A stretch of DNA of 64,000 nucleotides from the human T2T-CHM13v2.0 reference genome, Homo sapiens, in the NCBI RefSeq assembly GCF_009914755.1, contig NC_060929.1. The stretch is one strand, 5' to 3'. Under the pieces are notes generated by a model. That model had not been told where the DNA came from, did no database searches, and saw nothing but the letters and a program-made list of their open reading frames with translations. Both the position numbers and the translations under genes were made by a program. Positions 12,774 to 28,162 of the stretch are shown here, piece after piece; positions within the stretch are counted from its first letter, which is position 1; every line of letters starts with the position of its first letter.

Positions 12774-14872
12774 ATCATCAGGCACTGGTTGGAAAGCACT
12801 CATTTCTGTCAAGTCATCTTCTGTTTATATATCTGGTGTGGTATCTACTAGCTCTTGAACTTTTCCAAAGTCCACACCTTGAAGGCCTTCACTACTCACC
12901 TTTTTTTGCCATATTTACAGTCCTTCATAATTTCCTTGATTAGCTCTTTTGTAAATTCTGTGAAGTCCTGCACAATATCTGCACACAGTTTCCTCCAGCA
13001 AGAATTTATTATTTCTGGCTTGCTGGCTTTCAAGACTTTTTCTGTAATAACTACAGCATCTTCAATGATGTAATTGCTCCAGACTTTCATGATGTTCTAT
13101 CTAGGTTCTCTTTCATAGCCATGCAATCCTTTCCATAGAGTACTCAGTGTAATGAACCTTAAAGGTCCTTGTGACCCCATGATATAGAAACTGAACTAAA
13201 GACATTGTATTTGGGGACAAATAGACCCCTTTGACAGCTTTGTTGTTGAACTCATGGGGTTCTGAGTGGCCAGGGCATTGTCCAATTAAACAATAAAAGA
13301 AACTTTAAAAGGCAGTTCCTTACTGACAAGTTACTTCCCGAAATCAGGAACAAAGCATCAATGCAACCAATCCAGAAAAAAGATTCTCCTTGTCCAGGCC
13401 TTCTTGTACAACCAAAAAACTAGTAGCTGTTTTTTCTCTTTTCTCTACAATGCTCAGCGTTAGCAGCTTTATACATAAGGACAGTCCTGATCATAACACC
13501 AAATGCATTTGCACAAAAGAGTGGAGTTAGCCTATTTCTTCTTGCCTTAAATCCTGAGGCTCACTTCTCTTTTGTACTAATAAATGTCCTTTGTGATAGT
13601 CTATTTTTTTTTTTTTCAGAACAGGACACTTTTTTCTGCATTAAAAACTTGTTCAAGTAGATATCCTTTCTCTCAATGATTTTCTTAGTTGCCTCTAGGA
13701 GCTCGTCTGCTGCCTCTTGGTCAGCAGAAGCCACTTCTCTTGTTATTTTGATATTTCAAGAGCCAAACCTCATTCTAAAATTATCAAACCATCCTTTCAT
13801 TGGCATTAAATTCTCTAGTTTTAAATTCTCCACGTTCCTTTGCTTTGCATTTTCATATAATGACTTTGCATTTTCTTAAATTATATGAGTCTATCAGTAT
13901 GCCTTTCTTATAGCAATCCTATTCCCAAATAAAAGCTGCTTTTTAAATACAAGATAAAAAGGTATTTCACAAAATGTTCAAGATTTTCATGCTGCTGGTA
14001 TAGTTATAATGATAGCTTCATGGATTTTTTCCCTTTTTATTTATTTTCATTTTATTATCTTTTTACAATGTGCCTTCCATTGGATTCATTTATCTTGAAA
14101 TGATAGGTAATCATAGCTGCAGACCTTAATCAATGGTACCTATCAAGCAATTCAGCTTCTTCTTGTAATGTCATAGCATTCCTCTGCTTCTTGGGAACAC
14201 TCTGAGCATCATTAGCAGCACTTCCTATGGGTTCCATGGTGTGATTCAAGGTTTACGATGTTGCACTAAACACAATGAAAAATATGCAATAACAGCACTA
14301 GATCACTCTTTACTGTGATACACAATTTACTGGAGGAAGAAACGGTTCATAAGGGAGATGAATAGCATCACATGGCATTTTAAGCAGATATTCACAACAT
14401 TTAAGCCCACTGTAATAACAATAGGAGGTGGTTAAAAATTATTATAGTAGTGCAGTATGCACTGTGGTTAATTTTATGCAGTTATCATTTAATACATCAT
14501 CTTTATATTTGTTTACATTTCTCATGAAGGCAAATGGTGCCATGTATGGTCCTTAAGTGTTTGTGTGCAAAAGTTTTGTTCAATTTAAAATTTTTCTGAT
14601 GGATTTGTTTAAATTTTTTGGTATTAAATAATAAAATAGACGAATCTACATGTATTTTATGTATTCATCACATACCTAACTTTTACTTAATTTAAAAAGT
14701 ATTTCTAAGCTATACATTTCATCTTCGAGTTTTTTTCAAATTGGTGCAAATCCCCCAAAATGTTTTCAACATATTTTTTTAATGTTCATGTAAGTGGCCT
14801 CATTCAGTTAAAACCATTTTGTTCAAGGGTCAGCATATATATTGCTCAAGGGTCATGTTGTTCAAGGGTCAA
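12774..14872 (-). mobile_element. Tigger2 DNA transposon with decayed transposase, 3' end missing
   Basis: TIR (reverse complement of GTTGACCCTTGAACAA) at about 14819-14872; minus-strand ORF 12896-13090 MKVWSNYIIEDAVVITEKVLKASKPEIINSCWRKLC resembles the pogo/Tigger DDE transposase C-terminal region; many stops and frameshifts. Confidence 0.88.
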
Positions 14873-16279
14873 TATATATATGAAGAGAGAGAGAAAGGAA
14901 GAGAAGGGAGAAGGAGAATGATTCGTGGATAGGAAAAGAAATGTAAAAAATGCAGAGGCTCTGGGGTATTAGACACATTCTACTTGTTGACACAGGGTCA
15001 TTTGATTTATGCAATTTCTTATTCTGGGTTTTATTTTTGTAAGCATTTTTCTTTAAATGCATTATATTTCAATGTAATATTACTTAAAAAGTGAAAGAAA
15101 GTAAAAGGAGTTATTTTTATTCAAATAATTGCTGAGTTGTTGAAGTCTTGAGAAATCAAGCAATAAATGCCTGGTTTCAGAGACGGTATCGTTTCTGATT
15201 CAGCCTGTGACCACACATTGGGAAATAAGAAAGGAGTGGAATTGTTAAGCAAGAATAACAAAATTAAGAATGAAAAGGATGACTAAAGCTGATACAGTAC
15301 CCTTTACTAAATGAGAGATGGACTGTAATAAGAATTTGATTAGATTATAATTTTAAAAAGTAACTTGAAAATGGGAAAACCAACCATGAGCTGATGGCAA
15401 TAGTAAAAAGGCAATATATACAACCAAAGGTAGAATGAGTACTGTGGTTTTCACATTAATATAAGAAGACATTGATTCCATGACCTAAAAATTATGTGTC
15501 AGTGATTGACCATAAGCAATAAAATCAGAATGACTATATAACTTATTGTCTAAACTTGGGGATTTTCATCCAGGAAAAGAAGCATGATGCCTCCTGGGGG
15601 TATGAAGCAAACATAGCAACAGTGTTATTCTACATACAATACAGCATTGACTAAATAGCTTCTAATGTTCAGGTAAAATATCATAGAAAAAAAGCCTCAT
15701 ACAATGTGATGGGCAAATTATGAAAAGAAGAGCTTTTAGTATGTATTCCGTGTGGGCTCTTATTAGCATTTTTATCACTTCAGGATGCTTTTGTTTTGAT
15801 GACCATTTTATTCATGTTTTATAACACCTATTAAAACTTTCTAAAATTATTTATAGATTTATGCACTTTAAATCCTCTTCTACATTATTCGGTGCATAGG
15901 AATTATTTTGGGACCATGGTTATATTATAGTTTTTGAGTTTTTTACTTTAAATAAAAAGGAAAAGATAAACTTAGTTAATTTACTCACCTTTAATTTAAC
16001 TGGTAGAAAGTTTGACACTAAAGAGCTGTCTGATATTGGTTGGTGCCATTTTACTATGCATGAATTTAGTAATTTTTTGACAAATTAAGTGAAACAGGGT
16101 GACAATTATGCAATCATTTTATACCTTATTGAATATCTTAGGATAAAATTGATTAGTTAAAACAAATCACAACAGATTCAATTTTAATACAGTCTTTCTC
16201 AATTTAGACTTTGGAAGAAATAGCACTGAAAGATGTTCTCATAAAATATTCAAAGCTAAGGAGCTTATCAAAATACACA

Positions 16280-17685
16280 TTAATCTCTTTGCATTTCAAT
16301 TTGGAAAATTTCTATTGACCTATCTTCAGGTTCACTGATTCTTTCCTCAGCAGTGTCACGTCTACTGATGAGCCCATCAAAGTCAGTGTTACTTTCTATT
16401 ACAGTGTTTTTTATTTTGAACCTTTACTTCTATTCTTTATTTGATTTTTCATGTATGACTTTACTACCTATCTATTCTTGCATGTTGTCTGTTTTTAGAC
16501 AGGACCATTAATGTATTAGCCATAGTTATTTCAAATTTCCTGCCTCATAATTTCAACATCAATGTTATATCTGAATCTGGTTCTGATAATTGTCCCTTCA
16601 GACAGTTTTTGCCTGCCCTTTGCTGTATCTTTTAATTATTTGTTGAAAACTGAACAGATTGTACTGAGTAACAGAAAATGAAGTAAATGTGGGAAGTTAT
16701 GGCCATCTGTCTTACAGTTGAACTGTGCTTAATATTTGCTATAAATGTAGGTATTAGAGGTTAAAAATTCTTCTGGCTTCCCTGTTTTTGTCTTCTCTTT
16801 TGATTAATGAACTTCTTAATGTATTGTTTCTCAGATAGTATCTCTTGAAGCTCTTTCTGATGTAACCCTATTACATGCCATTAGAGTGGAGTCCTGCTTT
16901 AGTGACAAGATGTAGGGCAGGGGAACATTTCATAATCCTCTGATTACATTTTAGCTTTTTAGTGGCCTCTTTCTTGCACTTGTGAAATTCAAATTTTTCT
17001 ACAGGGGTATAGCTTTTTATTTTCCCTGCCACCTAATCAGTTATCTGGTACAGTGGTTCTAAACAATTTCTTTGAACAGTTGACTCCTGTTGACATTTTT
17101 CCTCTTTAGGTAAGACAGGAAGGCTGAAGAACGGTGAAGTGGGAAGAATGCCTTTCTCCCAGCTGGGACAAGGCCCTGGAGAAGTCTTTGCTCCTAAAGT
17201 GTAAGGATTTGTTTTGGAAAAAGTTCTAGGCATATTTAAACATGTTTATTCTTTTGCTCCCCATGTCAAAAGTAGGGAAGTGAGTAGTTCTGGGATCTTT
17301 ACTTCTTCACTGAGAGAACCTCGTGAGATTCCTAGAGAAAAAGCTTGGTGCACCCACAAGTTTCTTGCTTTCATAAAAATCTACACTACACCCAGCCTCT
17401 GGTAAATTATCAAAATTATTAGTGAATTGCCAAAAATTATCCCTTACGTATACTTATCTGCTTATGGCTTCGGTGGCTTATGTTTCTGGAAAACAGCACT
17501 TGGTGTAACTTTCTGCACCTATGTATCCAGATTTCAAGGTGGCATTTTCACCTTTGACTTAATTTCTCTGATGGATCAAAGAAAAGTCATTGATTTTAAG
17601 TTCGTCCCACTTTTTTTTAAGGAAAAGATTAATTACTTCTAAGTTTTTTCTTTTGGAGTTAAAACTGGAAGTTCCAGCTAATTTT
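16280..17685 (-). mobile_element. Old L1M 5'/ORF1-region fragment
   Basis: TTTCTATTGACCTATCTTCAGGTTCACTGATTCTTTCCTCAGCAGTGTCACGTCTACTGATGAGCCCATCAAA is typical of antisense L1M 5'/ORF1 sequence. Confidence 0.65.
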
Positions 17686-17939
17686 TTCCTAATGCTTTAT
17701 ACTTTATATATCAAATGGTATACTTTAAGGAAATGTATGTCTTATTCTGACGGCTTTTTTAAATATACAGAAAAATTATCAGTTTGACACAAATTGGGAA
17801 AGACATAATGTTAATAAAATATTAAAATTTGACAAAAGCAGTATTTGAATAACACGTGTTTTAAAAATACTTTCAATATGCAAAGTAACAACTGAGTTCA
17901 TTTCTAATTTGTAAAATTTACATCGAAATTTAATAGAAT

Positions 17940-19465
17940 CAACTTACATTTAGATATTTATTTTTAATACCATTCTCTATGAAAAGAAACCAAGTCTCCT
18001 TAGAGAATTATTGGGTTCTAGAATTGGAGCAATAAATAAGCAAAATGAGCCCAGATTATCTTATAAAGCCAGAAAGTTAGTAAGTGCTGATGTGCAAACA
18101 CGCACATGCAGACACACACACACACACACACCATGAAACAATAAAAATATGTGAAGAGATAAAGAACTCAAATCCCATTTGAAAAAACTTTCAATGACCA
18201 TAGATGAAACAGTTTGAGCAACAGTATAAAGTAATATTGAATTATAACCCAACTAACAAAATAAACATACATGAATCCCAACTGAGAAAAACAAATTAGT
18301 GAATAAATGAGTAAGTAAATAAATGGAAAGTTGGCTAATTTTCTGTACAAAAGAATTCCAAATAACTATTGTGGATATTTTGCCTTCAAAAAGATAAAGC
18401 ATGACTCCCATTCCTTGAGCGTGAGCTGCTCATAGAGACTTACTTCCAAAGCACAGAATATGGAAACTGGAGAAATGAGTACACTTACAGTGAAGAAACA
18501 TGACAAACACTATGTACCCCAGATGGGCAAGGTTAGTAGCAACATTAATGAGTCAGGTCCATAGCATGTGCCCTTGATATGGTATAATGAGAGTGGCACT
18601 TCACCTTTCTTATTCTTCCTCCGCAAAACACGTAACCTCACTCTAATAATGAGAAAAATATCAAGCAAACCACAATCAAGGAACATTAAACACAATACTT
18701 GATCAATAAGTGATATAGACTTCTGCCCCCTTTTCAATTTCATATGTTGAAGCCCTAACCCCCAATACGACTGTATTTAGAGAAAGGAACTTTGGGAGCT
18801 AATTAAGGATGAATGACGTTATAAGGGCAAGGCTTTAATCTGATAAGACTGTGAGCTTCTAAGCAGATGAAGAGAGAGGGGCTCTCTCTGTCTCTTCACT
18901 ATACGAAAAAACAGTACCTGTATACAAGCAAAAAGTAGAGCTTTTGCCAGAAACTGAATCAGCTGACACCTTGACCTTGTACTTTCCAGCCTCCAGAACT
19001 GGGAGAAAATAAATTTATTTTATTTAAGCTACCCAGTTTATGGTATAATATCAGGGCAGTCCTACCCAGCGGACTAATACAGTGCTGCTCAAAACTGTCA
19101 AAGTTACAAAAAACATGGAAAATCTGAGAAATTGACTTGATGTTCCACAGCCATGAGAAGTCTAAGGAGTCATGAAAATTAAATGTAATGTCATATCATT
19201 TATGGAATTCTAGAAGAGAAAAGGACATTAAATAGGAAATCTGAATGAAGAGTAGCCTTGAGTTAATAATATTATTAAGATTTATATAAATTATTAATTT
19301 ATAAGTTAGTAATAAGATTTATTAATTGTGACAATTGTACCATGCATTGTATTAAGATGTTAATAATAAGAGAAATCAGGTGTGACTATATGGAAACTCT
19401 CTGACTATTGTCACAGCTATGCTTTAAGTCTAACTATTCTAAAATTCAATTTTATTTTAAAAATA
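17940..19465 (+). mobile_element. L1MC/L1MD-type 3' UTR, interrupted by an MLT1A LTR
   Basis: GAGAGTGGCACTTCACCT...CTCTAATAATGAGAAAAATATCAAGCAAACC and terminal GATGTTAATAATAAGAGAAATC...TATGGAAACTCTCTG...CTATTCTAAAAT. Confidence 0.75.
18711..19081 (+). mobile_element. MLT1A-type MaLR solo LTR
   Basis: TGATATAGAC...CATATGTTGAAGCCCTAACCCCCAAT...TTCCAGCCTCCAGAACTGGGAGAAAATAAATTT...GACTAATACA. Confidence 0.8.
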
Positions 19466-20202
19466 AATGGAATATTTTCATTATAATTTGTGTATAAATA
19501 AGTGCTTATATAACGTCCGAAATCTGTTATTATTCATGTAATCATTTTATAAACAGTTAGTAAAGAAATCTCAGAAGAGATACTACAATGAGGTTAGAAA
19601 TTGAAGGCAAATAAGAATCATTTCTGGAAATTTCACAGTACAATGAAAAAACTTCCCATATTTTACTGAAAAAGACATTTCTTATTCTACTTAATTCCCA
19701 GTTCAGCACTCTTTCTACCAAACTATAAAACATGTAAAATGCATTCTTTGACATTTCGTATTTTACAATCCACTTAGATAGAAAAAGTAAACATATCTAT
19801 TTCAGTTGACTTATCTGCAAAATTGTAGGGTTGAGCAGATAAGCACAAATGGAATTTCTAGCTAGAAATACTGTAATGTTTTACATGATTAAAGAACAGC
19901 AAATAGAGTGATATAATATGAATTGTTTCATCTTTCACTTTTTCCAATTCCAGCATTTAGTACCTGTAGTGTATTCATAGCAAAAATAATTCTGTACATA
20001 GAGACTTCAAAGAAAGATTCTGATATCTCATGGATCTTTTTCATGAAAACTCTCATGATGTATAATAGGAGAAGCCTCTGTGGTTCAAGAATATTTATTT
20101 AGGAATTGGGGAAGTTTTGCATAGATAGCTTTGACTTAAAAGAAGGGGCTACATCCTCTATATGCATTTCATTTACAGACAAATGTAAAAGCACTTATTT
20201 TA

Positions 20203-20454
20203 TTTATTTTTTTAACTTTAATTTTCATTTTAATGTGCAGGATGTGCAGGTTTGTTACATAGGTAAACATGTGCCATGGTGGTTTGCTGCACCTATAAAC
20301 TCATCACCGAATTATTAAGCCCAGCATGCATTAGCTATATTTCCTAATGCTCTCCCTCCCCCTGCCAGCCCCTAACAGGCCCCAGTGTGTGTTGTTCCCC
20401 TCCCTGTGTCCATGTGTTTTCTTTGTTCAGCTCCCACTTTTAAGTGAGAACATA
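20203..20454 (-). mobile_element. Severely 5'-truncated L1PA (about L1PA10-like) 3' end
   Basis: TGTGCAGGATGTGCAGGTTTGTTACATAGGTAAACATGTGCCATGGTGG...AAGTGAGAACAT; TSD AAAAGCACT(T/A)ATTTTA at 20187-20202 and 20455-20470. Confidence 0.9.
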
Positions 20455-20641
20455 AAAAGCACTAATTTTAAGTGTTATCTCTTCAATATATTTAACATCT
20501 AATCATAATTTGTTACAAATATTGCCTGCCTTGCATAAACCTTCATCATAAGATGGTTTAGCTTTATTTAGCTGAATTCTTTAAAAATTGTTTTTAAATT
20601 TCCTGGCTCATTTCAATTATAGGTAGGAGCAGATGTCATAG

Positions 20642-21381
20642 TAAGAGACAGGACTAGCTGGATTTCCTAGGCTGACTAAGAATTCCTAAGCCTAGCTGGG
20701 GAAGGTGACCGCACCCACCTTTAAACACGGGGCTTGTAACTAAGCACACACCAGGCCAATCAGGTAGTAAAGAGGGCTCACTAAAATACAAATTAGGCTA
20801 AAAACAGGGGGTAAAGAAATAATCAAATCATGTATCGCCTGAGAGCACAGGGGGAGGGACAATGATCGGGATATAAACCCAGGCATTCGAGCCCAATCGG
20901 GGTACCCCTTTGGGCCCCCTCCTATTTTATGGGAGCTCTGTTTTCACTCTATTAAATGTTGCAGCTGTACGCTCTTCCCCTCCGTGTTTGTTCTGGCTGG
21001 AGCTGAGCTTTTGCTCACCGTCCACCACTGCTGATCGCCGTCGTCGCAGACCCATCACTGACTTCCACCCCTCCGGATCCAGCAGGGTGTCCCCTGAGCT
21101 TCTGATCCAGGGAGGCGCCCATTGCTGCTCCGGATAGGGCTAGGGGATCGCCATTGTTCCTGCGCAGCTAAGTGCCCAGGTTAGTCCTAATTGAGCCGAA
21201 CACTAGACGCTGGGTTCCACAGTTCTCTTCAGTGACCCACGGCTTCTAATAGAGCTATAACACTCACCGCACGGCCCAAGGTTCCATTCCTTGGAATCCC
21301 TGAGGCCAAGAACCCCAGGTCAGAGAGCAAGAGGCTTGCCACCATCTTGGGAGCTCTGGGAGCAGAGACCCGCAGGTAACA
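20642..21381 (+). mobile_element. LTR17 (HERV-W) solo LTR, full length
   Basis: AGAGACAGGACTAGCTGGATTTCCTAGGC start, CCAAT at 20756, TATAAA at 20872, ATTAAA at 20951, GGTAACA end; flanks ATAG/ATAC. Confidence 0.92.
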
Positions 21382-21995
21382 ATACAACCTACCAAAAAGC
21401 CCTGCCACCATAGGTCAGTTTCATTTTCTTTTTTTGCATAGTAAATAATTCAATATTTAGAAACGAAATTTCTAAGCACAGTTACTTTAGTTAAATATTC
21501 TAATGATCTCCTAGCATTTATGTCTTTGCAAGCAACTCACATTTGATAGTTAGTAACCTCTGGATTAAGATATAAACATCTTAACAGCAAGCTACTGACA
21601 GCAACAATTTCAGAAGAATTGATGGCTCCCTCCTTTGACCAAAAAGAAGCAGGAATAAGGTTTTGTAGCTAAGTCCACAAGGCACTGACCCTGGCAATTT
21701 TTTCCCAGGCTCAGGGAGGTAAAAATGCTATGTGTTTCATTTTTAAAACAATTCTTCTTGAATTGGAGTGTTGGCTTCATGGTAAATGATGTGGCAAGAT
21801 CAAAATCACTTCTAAGTGCACAAACAGGAAAGTGACTTTTTAATTTGAATAGTCATCTGTATCCAGAAACATTGCTTAATCAAACACTAACATTCCTCTC
21901 CTATAGTATCATATATATGTATACAGAGAAAGAGGGAGGGGAAGAGACAGAAAGAGAGTAAAAGCGCCTAAGGAGACATAAGGGTTGCTCGCTTG

Positions 21996-22009
21996 CTCTC
22001 TCTCTCTCT

Positions 22010-22040
<31 letters not shown>
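21996..22040. repeat. Compound (CT)n(CA)n microsatellite
   Basis: CTCTC... followed by about 15 CA units. Confidence 0.95.
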
Positions 22041-22041
<1 letters not shown>

Positions 22042-22221
22042 TCATACACACTCATTTTGCAGCCTTTGATGATTAGTAAGGGGAAGAGAAAGAAAAACTA
22101 CCAGTGAAGAAAGGACTTTTCTTTCCCCAGTTACAGATCTGTCTATCAGAAAAAGAGAACAGATCTGTTCACATTGATAACCTCCCTGTCACTCCTTCTA
22201 TCTTTTCATGTCAATGTGGAT

Positions 22222-23254
22222 TCTTATGGGCCGATTAGTGTCCCTCAGAAACATATGTTGAAGTCCTCACCATCTCAGATTGTTACCTTATTAGGAAATC
22301 GGGATTTTTGCAGTTAATAAAGTTAAGAAGAGGTAATTAGAGATTGGTTCTAATCTAATATGACCGTGTGAAGAAGGTTCACTAATAATTGGTCCCAAAG
22401 GAGAACTCACAGCTTGGGGGATGGCAAAGATTATCATTAAGGCAACCACTGAGAATAGGAGTCCAAACACCTCCACCACATTCTGGCTGCACTTTTATCA
22501 ATTGCCTGAGTCTGGTGAGACAGAACACACTCACACACAACAAGTTAAACGAAGCACATTTATTTCTTACAGAGACAGCAGGGGACAAAGGAAGCCTAGA
22601 ATCCACTGTAAGTCATTCCTTTAGGCTCAAGAAAGAAGCCCCCCAAGGAAGCAGAGGGATTCTCCATTGCACCATAGCTGAGGAACCCTGAAAGTAGCCC
22701 ACCCCAGATTACATACCTCAGGGTCCACGGAAGTCACTGGGCATTGCTCGGAAGAACATCTTCCTTCCAGAGGAGAGAGAATCAAAACGTAGCCTCCCCC
22801 AGGCAGTTCCTCCTTATCTCAGGATATTGTACTCCCAGTGCATTCTACAATTATTCTGAGAATTACAGGCAGGAATTAAACAGGGGAGAAACTGGTCAGC
22901 CAAGGCCATCCAGGGACCATCCAGCGACAGGCATCCTTCTAAGAAGATAAAGACTCCTTGTAATGACAGAGGCACATAGGAGAGATGCCATGTGACAACA
23001 GAGGCTTAGATTGAAATGTTGCAGCTGCAAGCCAAAAGATGCAGAGGTTACTGGCAAACCACTCTAAACTAGGCAGTGGCAAGGAAGGAATTGTCCTCTA
23101 CAAATTTCAGAAGGAATAAGGCCCTGCCAATATCTTGACTGATTTTGGACTATTGATATCTATAACTGTGAAACAATATATTTCTCTTCTTATACCTACT
23201 CCTCTCCTCCACATTTGTACTGTTTAGCTATGGTAGCCCTAGGAAACTAATACA
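22222..23254 (+). mobile_element. MLT1C-like MaLR LTR split by a nested LTR
   Basis: 5' part TATGGGCCGATTAGTGTCCC...ATATGTTGAAGTCCT...TAATATGACCG resumes after 22929 (GCAGCTGCAAGCCAA...GCCCTAGGAAACTAATACA). Confidence 0.78.
22367..22929 (-). mobile_element. ERVL solo LTR, LTR47-like
   Basis: TGTGAAGAAGGTTCACT...GAGTCTGGTGAGACAGAACACACTCACACACAACAAGTT...CAGTTCCTCCTTATCTCAGGAT...GCATTCTACAATTATTC...GACA; TG...CA ends. Confidence 0.7.
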
Positions 23255-23375
23255 CTCATTGATGGAGACTTGTTTAATATTGGATAGGATTACAGATCCC
23301 AAAACATTAGGAACAGCATTTGCTGTCCCCTGCAGTTTCATCCCACCATGTATTTAGCTAAAGAGACAGAAACCG

Positions 23376-23752
<377 letters not shown>

Positions 23753-24300
23753 TTAAGAGAGACGTCAAGCTTTGAGAGCAGTGTGTGTGTGTCTATAAGG
23801 ATCTTTGCCTGCCGGTGGGTTTGCTAGTGACTTCCTATCATTGATAAAATACTACTTACTTTCATACATGGAGTGTAAATGAAAAAGATTAATTAAATGT
23901 AAACCAATCCACAGTGATCCAAATTACTAAGTGATTGAATTACCAGGTAGTGGATTAATATATGGTGACATATAGTATTAGTTATTTCCAAGCAATTTTG
24001 TGGTTTTATACATTATAGCAAACTTAAAATTTTGTAAGTGTTTCTCTTCTAGTCTGCACTCATTCATTTAGTGTTTTTTGTTGTTGTTGTTGCTTGTGTT
24101 ACACTCTAACATTCTGTTGTAGAGTGCCACTGTTACTCATTTTTCAGTCATTATCAGTTAGTATGGGGTTCAGCAATATTAGATTTCCAAATTTTTTAGT
24201 AAAAGCATCAATCAAGGAATGAATGAATACATAGAAAATAAGCACATTGCGTTTGTGTGTATTAGGCTTGGTTATCATCATCACATAAAAAAATGTAGTA

Positions 24301-24601
<301 letters not shown>

Positions 24602-25339
24602 GTAGTAGTGTTTGCTTGTTGACAAGATACTGACCAAAGGTTGGGCTTGTATAGATAGAGCTGGGTTTTGGTTGACATTTAAAAGCATGTATCAAACATT
24701 GGCAGAAAATTAATTTACTTCTAATTTCCATAATTATTTTATTAATTATCCTCCATGTACTAATCATAGCTATTTTATCTATATTTGACACCCTTGTCTA
24801 AGACTTTATTGATCAAAGTAGCTGTGAATTCCAGCTGTAGACTTTACATAGAAATGCCTGGTAGGTGCACAGAATCTAGCTTTGTCATGATGTATCAACA
24901 TGATGGACCCAGAAGACAAAATAAATGCTGCTTACATACAAATCCAAGAGTCCTTTTTCCTCTACCCCAGGGGCAGGTAGCTATAACCACTACCCCCACC
25001 ATCACACAGCCCCGGATTTTCATGTTCCATCTTTGGAAGGAAGTAAAGAGGGGAGAGAATATTTGCTGAACACATTTATTTAAAAGAAAATAAACTACCA
25101 GAAACAGGTTGCCTAAACCAGACAAAGCTTGTCAATTTTAAGGCTTCTTTACTCCATGCTATCCAGCAAGGTTAGGATTCATGAGAAAAAAAAAATAGTG
25201 AAAAAAAAAAAGTAAACCTGATTTTCCATTGCACAATTGTATAACAAGCTGTCAAGTTTTCCACCTGGGGTTCAAACTGAAGCTTCTTTACAGGGTTAAC
25301 TGCACACATCATCTTCTCTCCCTTAACTATCATCCACTC

Positions 25340-26290
25340 TTCAGTACTCCACACTGACTGTACCACTCAAACTTTTCTTTATTACTGCCACCAGTGACTT
25401 GCATTTGCCAAATCTAGTAGACACTTACTAGTCTTCCTTTATCCCGATTTCACTGTAGCATTTGTCCAAGATTATTCTTTTTGAAAATACTTTTCTCTTG
25501 ACTTCTCTGACGCTATGTTTTCATATTTTGTTTCTTTTACTTCTCAGGCCATTCCTTCTCATTCTCTTTGTTTCTAATTCTTCCACTTCATCTTGCTTAA
25601 GTATCACCACCTCAGACCTTGACTTCTTTCTTTCCTCACCCTCTCTCTAGGTGATTTCATTCATTCCCAGGCCTTCATGGGTCTCTCCAAGCCATGACTC
25701 TCTGTTTTTAGGCTATGTTTCTTTCCTGCTCTCCAGATACATAATTCAAACTGATTACTTAATCTTTCCATTCAGCTAGTTCACAGAAAGTAGCATGTCA
25801 GTATTTAAACACAACATAATATGCCCAAATATAACATATCCAAACTGAAAATCTTAATCTAGCCCTATTCACAATTCAATTATTCCTATTAGGTTTTCTA
25901 CATTAATAGATTGTCCTTCCTTCAGTCACTCAAGCTGAAGACATTGAAACATTGTTCAACAGCTGCTTCTGCTTAAACCACTAGATCCAATCCATCATGA
26001 AGTCTTGTAAATTATAGCTCAAAGCCGTCTATTTCCCTTCAGCCCTGTGACAATCAAATGAATCCAAGCCAACATCTGCCACAGGGGTTACTGTAAGAAT
26101 TCCCAAATTGGTATTTTCACATCTACTGTTTACTCTGGAGAAGAATAAAACACAAACTTTCCCATACAGCAGCCAGATTGACATATTTAAAAAAAATCTA
26201 AATTGGTTTATTGCTCTCTTTTATGATTAGAGTAAAATCTAAACTCTGTAAATTCTTTATTACTACTCACAAGATGCCTAAGGTCTAGTA
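25340..26290 (+). mobile_element. Decayed L2
   Basis: CACCAGTGACTTGCATTTGCCAAATCTAGTAGACAC...TCTCTAGGTGATTTCATTCATTCCCAGG...TCCAATCCATCATGAAGTCTTG are L2 ORF2/3' motifs. Confidence 0.7.
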
Positions 26291-26429
26291 CAATTCAATT
26301 TCTTATATTTCTTATCTATGATCTTGCCACACTGTCCTTTTTTTATTCCTTTATCTAATTTTGACCCCCCCGCAAAGCACTCTTTTCACCTGAAATAATA
26401 AACCCTGCTTATCAATCACGTTTACCTAT

Positions 26430-27900
<1,471 letters not shown>

Positions 27901-27949
27901 CATACAATGTTTAATCTATATGAATAAATATAAAAAATATAATTCATTT

Positions 27950-28162
27950 GTATAAAATATATCTTAGATGTGGTATATATACATAATTACATAATATATA
28001 TCATATATAATGTTATAAATGTATATAGAATATGATATATTATATATTATATTCTGCCATATATACACATATAATATATATTCTATACATACAAATTATA
28101 TATTTTATATTTATTTATGTTATATATTATATAATTCTTTATATATAATGTTATATATAATT
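27950..28162. repeat. Degenerate (TA)n low-complexity tract
   Basis: About 210 bp of TATATA-like sequence. Confidence 0.85.

Noticed and set aside
12896-13090. Transposase-like ORF as a domesticated TIGD gene
   Set aside because: Only 64 aa within a heavily interrupted Tigger2 copy.
22133-22171. 14-bp palindrome GAACAGATCTGTTC resembling a steroid response element
   Set aside because: The spacer is 4 nt rather than the canonical 3, and a palindrome of this size is plausible by chance in 64 kb.
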